The notes under the pieces are model-generated. The model was not told where the DNA came from and did not search any database. It was given only the letters and a program-made list of their open reading frames with translations. A program made the translations under genes and the position numbers. A stretch of DNA of 43,643 nucleotides from the IMG/VR virus record IMGVR_UViG_3300045988_017927, positions 1 through 43,643 of that record; one strand, written 5' to 3'. How positions within the stretch are numbered: the stretch's first letter is position 1; each line of letters begins with the position of its first letter. Below are positions 42,235-43,643 of this stretch, one piece after another. The stretch comes from a virus.

Positions 42235-42692
42235 TCCAACTCCTTAATTTCAAATTCAATGCGTGGATTAGGACTGTACTTCTTGCGAGCTCTTAAATCG
42301 CAAACAATACTGTCATCCGTCCAGACGATACCCTTCTTATCAACTTTGTTATAGCCAGCATTTGAAATGCTATCAAAGAGCGATTTGACAAGATTATCAA
42401 CGTCTGGAGTTTTCGCATGCCAAAGCATTTCAGCCATGAATTTCTTGAATATATCCCACGTTTTGGCTCTAGCCTTTGGCGTGGGCATTTTTGATACATT
42501 AAGCGGGGCTTTCATGTAAAATACGACATCGACTGAAATAGGACCGTCGTAGAATTGTCCGTCATATTCTTGCTTGATAAGTTGCGAGCACTGACGACGC
42601 CACGCCTTCATTTTTGGGTCTTCATAAGTGCCAAATTTGCTGAATCGTGGCCTTGTTTGAGGTTTGGGCTCGATATTTAAAGTTATTTTCAT
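42231..42692 (-). CDS. rusA: RusA-family Holliday junction resolvase
   Basis: KPQTRPRF ... TPDVDNLVKSLFDSI ... VWTDDSIVCDL, the RusA signature. Confidence 0.8.
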   Translation of the reverse strand: MKITLNIEPKPQTRPRFSKFGTYEDPKMKAWRRQCSQLIKQEYDGQFYDGPISVDVVFYMKAPLNVSKMPTPKARAKTWDIFKKFMAEMLWHAKTPDVDNLVKSLFDSISNAGYNKVDKKGIVWTDDSIVCDLRARKKYSPNPRIEFEIKELE

Positions 42693-43252
42693 AGAACACC
42701 CACCACAATCTCGTAATTATCAAGCGTTCTTCCGTTTTTAATAACGCTGCTCAAATAGCCTTTGTTTCTCCCAAGAAATACACTAGCCGCTCTTAAACTG
42801 TCGAATTTTATTGTTACACCGTCCGTCTTGCTTACTAGAGTCACTTTCTTATTTGTTTGCAACAACCCGTTTTTAAAAGCGTGTCTAATATTTTCTGACC
42901 GCGTCACCCATTCAAGATTTCCTGCGGAGTTGTCTAAAGGGTTGCCGTTTTTGTGATTGACCTCTTCTTTGTTTTCTGGGTTCGGAATAAACGCAGTAGC
43001 AACTAACCTGCTTACTAGGTGCGTTTTCATTTCGCCGTCTTTCCACAATTTAACCTTTTTATCTCTCTTGCCACCTCTTTGTCGCTTTTGTGTTTGTAAT
43101 TTAAGTTTTCTGCGCTTCCATACACGCTTTCTAATTCTTCCGTGCCAATTACTGTAAGTTGTTTTTCCCTCGCATGACCAAATTGTCCCATCTGAACACG
43201 CTTCATAGATGCCTTCATATCCTTTTATCGGTTTAAATTCCATTTGTGACAC
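42689..43252 (-). CDS. Free-standing HNH homing endonuclease (NUMOD4 N-terminus plus HNH_3)
   Basis: FKPIKGYEGIYEACSDGTIWS (NUMOD4-like) and VNHKNGNPLDNSAGNLEWVTRSENIRHA (HNH). Confidence 0.8.
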   Translation of the reverse strand: MSQMEFKPIKGYEGIYEACSDGTIWSCEGKTTYSNWHGRIRKRVWKRRKLKLQTQKRQRGGKRDKKVKLWKDGEMKTHLVSRLVATAFIPNPENKEEVNHKNGNPLDNSAGNLEWVTRSENIRHAFKNGLLQTNKKVTLVSKTDGVTIKFDSLRAASVFLGRNKGYLSSVIKNGRTLDNYEIVVGVL

Positions 43253-43261
43253 TCCTTTGCA

Positions 43262-43643
43262 TCAGAAAGGAAGCGAATCATCGCTGATATCCAATGGATT
43301 TGCGTTCCCGTATGGGCTGCTATCCCTCGCAAAGTTTGGTCCTTGCTGTTGCGGTGCTTGTTGCCCGTAAGGCCCTGCATAGCCGCCGTCATTGCCAAAC
43401 GCTCCCGATGTATTGCCTTGAATAGCATTGCTGCCTTCACGCGCCGCACGGCTTTCTAACATTTGGAAGTTCTCAGCGACTACCTCAGTGACATACACTC
43501 TTTGACCTTGCTGATTCTCGTAGCTACGGGTCTGAATGCGTCCAGTAATTCCAATCAATGCGCCTTTCTTAGCCCAGTTAGCCAAATTTTCAGCTTGCTG
43601 GCGCCAGATAACACAGTTAATAAAGTCTGTTTCACGTTCACCA
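43262..43643 (-). CDS. ssb: Single-stranded DNA-binding protein, C-terminal part (wraps to 95..216)
   Basis: OB-fold continuation ([24 protein letters not shown]), a G/Q/P-rich linker and the acidic tail DISDDSLPF typical of bacterial and phage SSB. Confidence 0.85.
   Translation of the reverse strand, partial: GERETDFINCVIWRQQAENLANWAKKGALIGITGRIQTRSYENQQGQRVYVTEVVAENFQMLESRAAREGSNAIQGNTSGAFGNDGGYAGPYGQQAPQQQGPNFARDSSPYGNANPLDISDDSLPF
43550..43643. repeat. Direct terminal repeat copy B (identical to 1..94)
   Basis: Same 94-nt string as the window start. Confidence 0.95.

Noticed and set aside
43225-43449. 74-aa minus-strand ORF overlapping ssb out of frame, and 43027..43218 / 42762..43157 inside the HNH gene
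   Set aside because: These are shadow frames of genes with clear motifs (the SSB acidic tail and the HNH core).

Overview
The window is one complete temperate siphovirus genome from a Gram-positive, Lactobacillales-type host. Bases 1..94 are identical to 43550..43643, so the contig closes on itself (unique length 43549 bp) and the ssb gene wraps across the window ends. The minus strand carries the lytic programme. It runs from a Cro-like gene through antirepressor, Xis-like HTH, an LPXTG adhesin moron, replisome organizer, DnaC-like loader, RecT, a Cas4-like nuclease and SSB. It continues with a NUMOD4/HNH homing endonuclease, RusA, small early genes (MazG-like, YopX) and an ArpU-like late regulator. 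Then come HNH, a candidate cos site, TerS/TerL, portal, ClpP protease, HK97 capsid, connectors, major tail protein, and a G/G-T chaperone with a CCCAAAA slippery site. The strand ends with TMP, Dit, Tal, an RBP candidate, two holins, three small ORFs and a CHAP+GH25 endolysin. The plus strand carries the lysogeny operon (XRE repressor, two unknown coupled genes, ImmA-like protease, membrane protein, tyrosine integrase) and one isolated opposite-strand gene in the early region. The most unusual items are: (1) a non-coding int-lysin spacer built from repeated 'terminator then TGnTATAAT' units; (2) an uncharacterised two-gene cassette splitting the ImmR/ImmA pair; (3) a sortase-anchored MSCRAMM-like adhesin inside the early operon; (4) a tRNA-like acceptor/T-arm minihelix. 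All functional calls come from motif recognition by eye and no database search was run.
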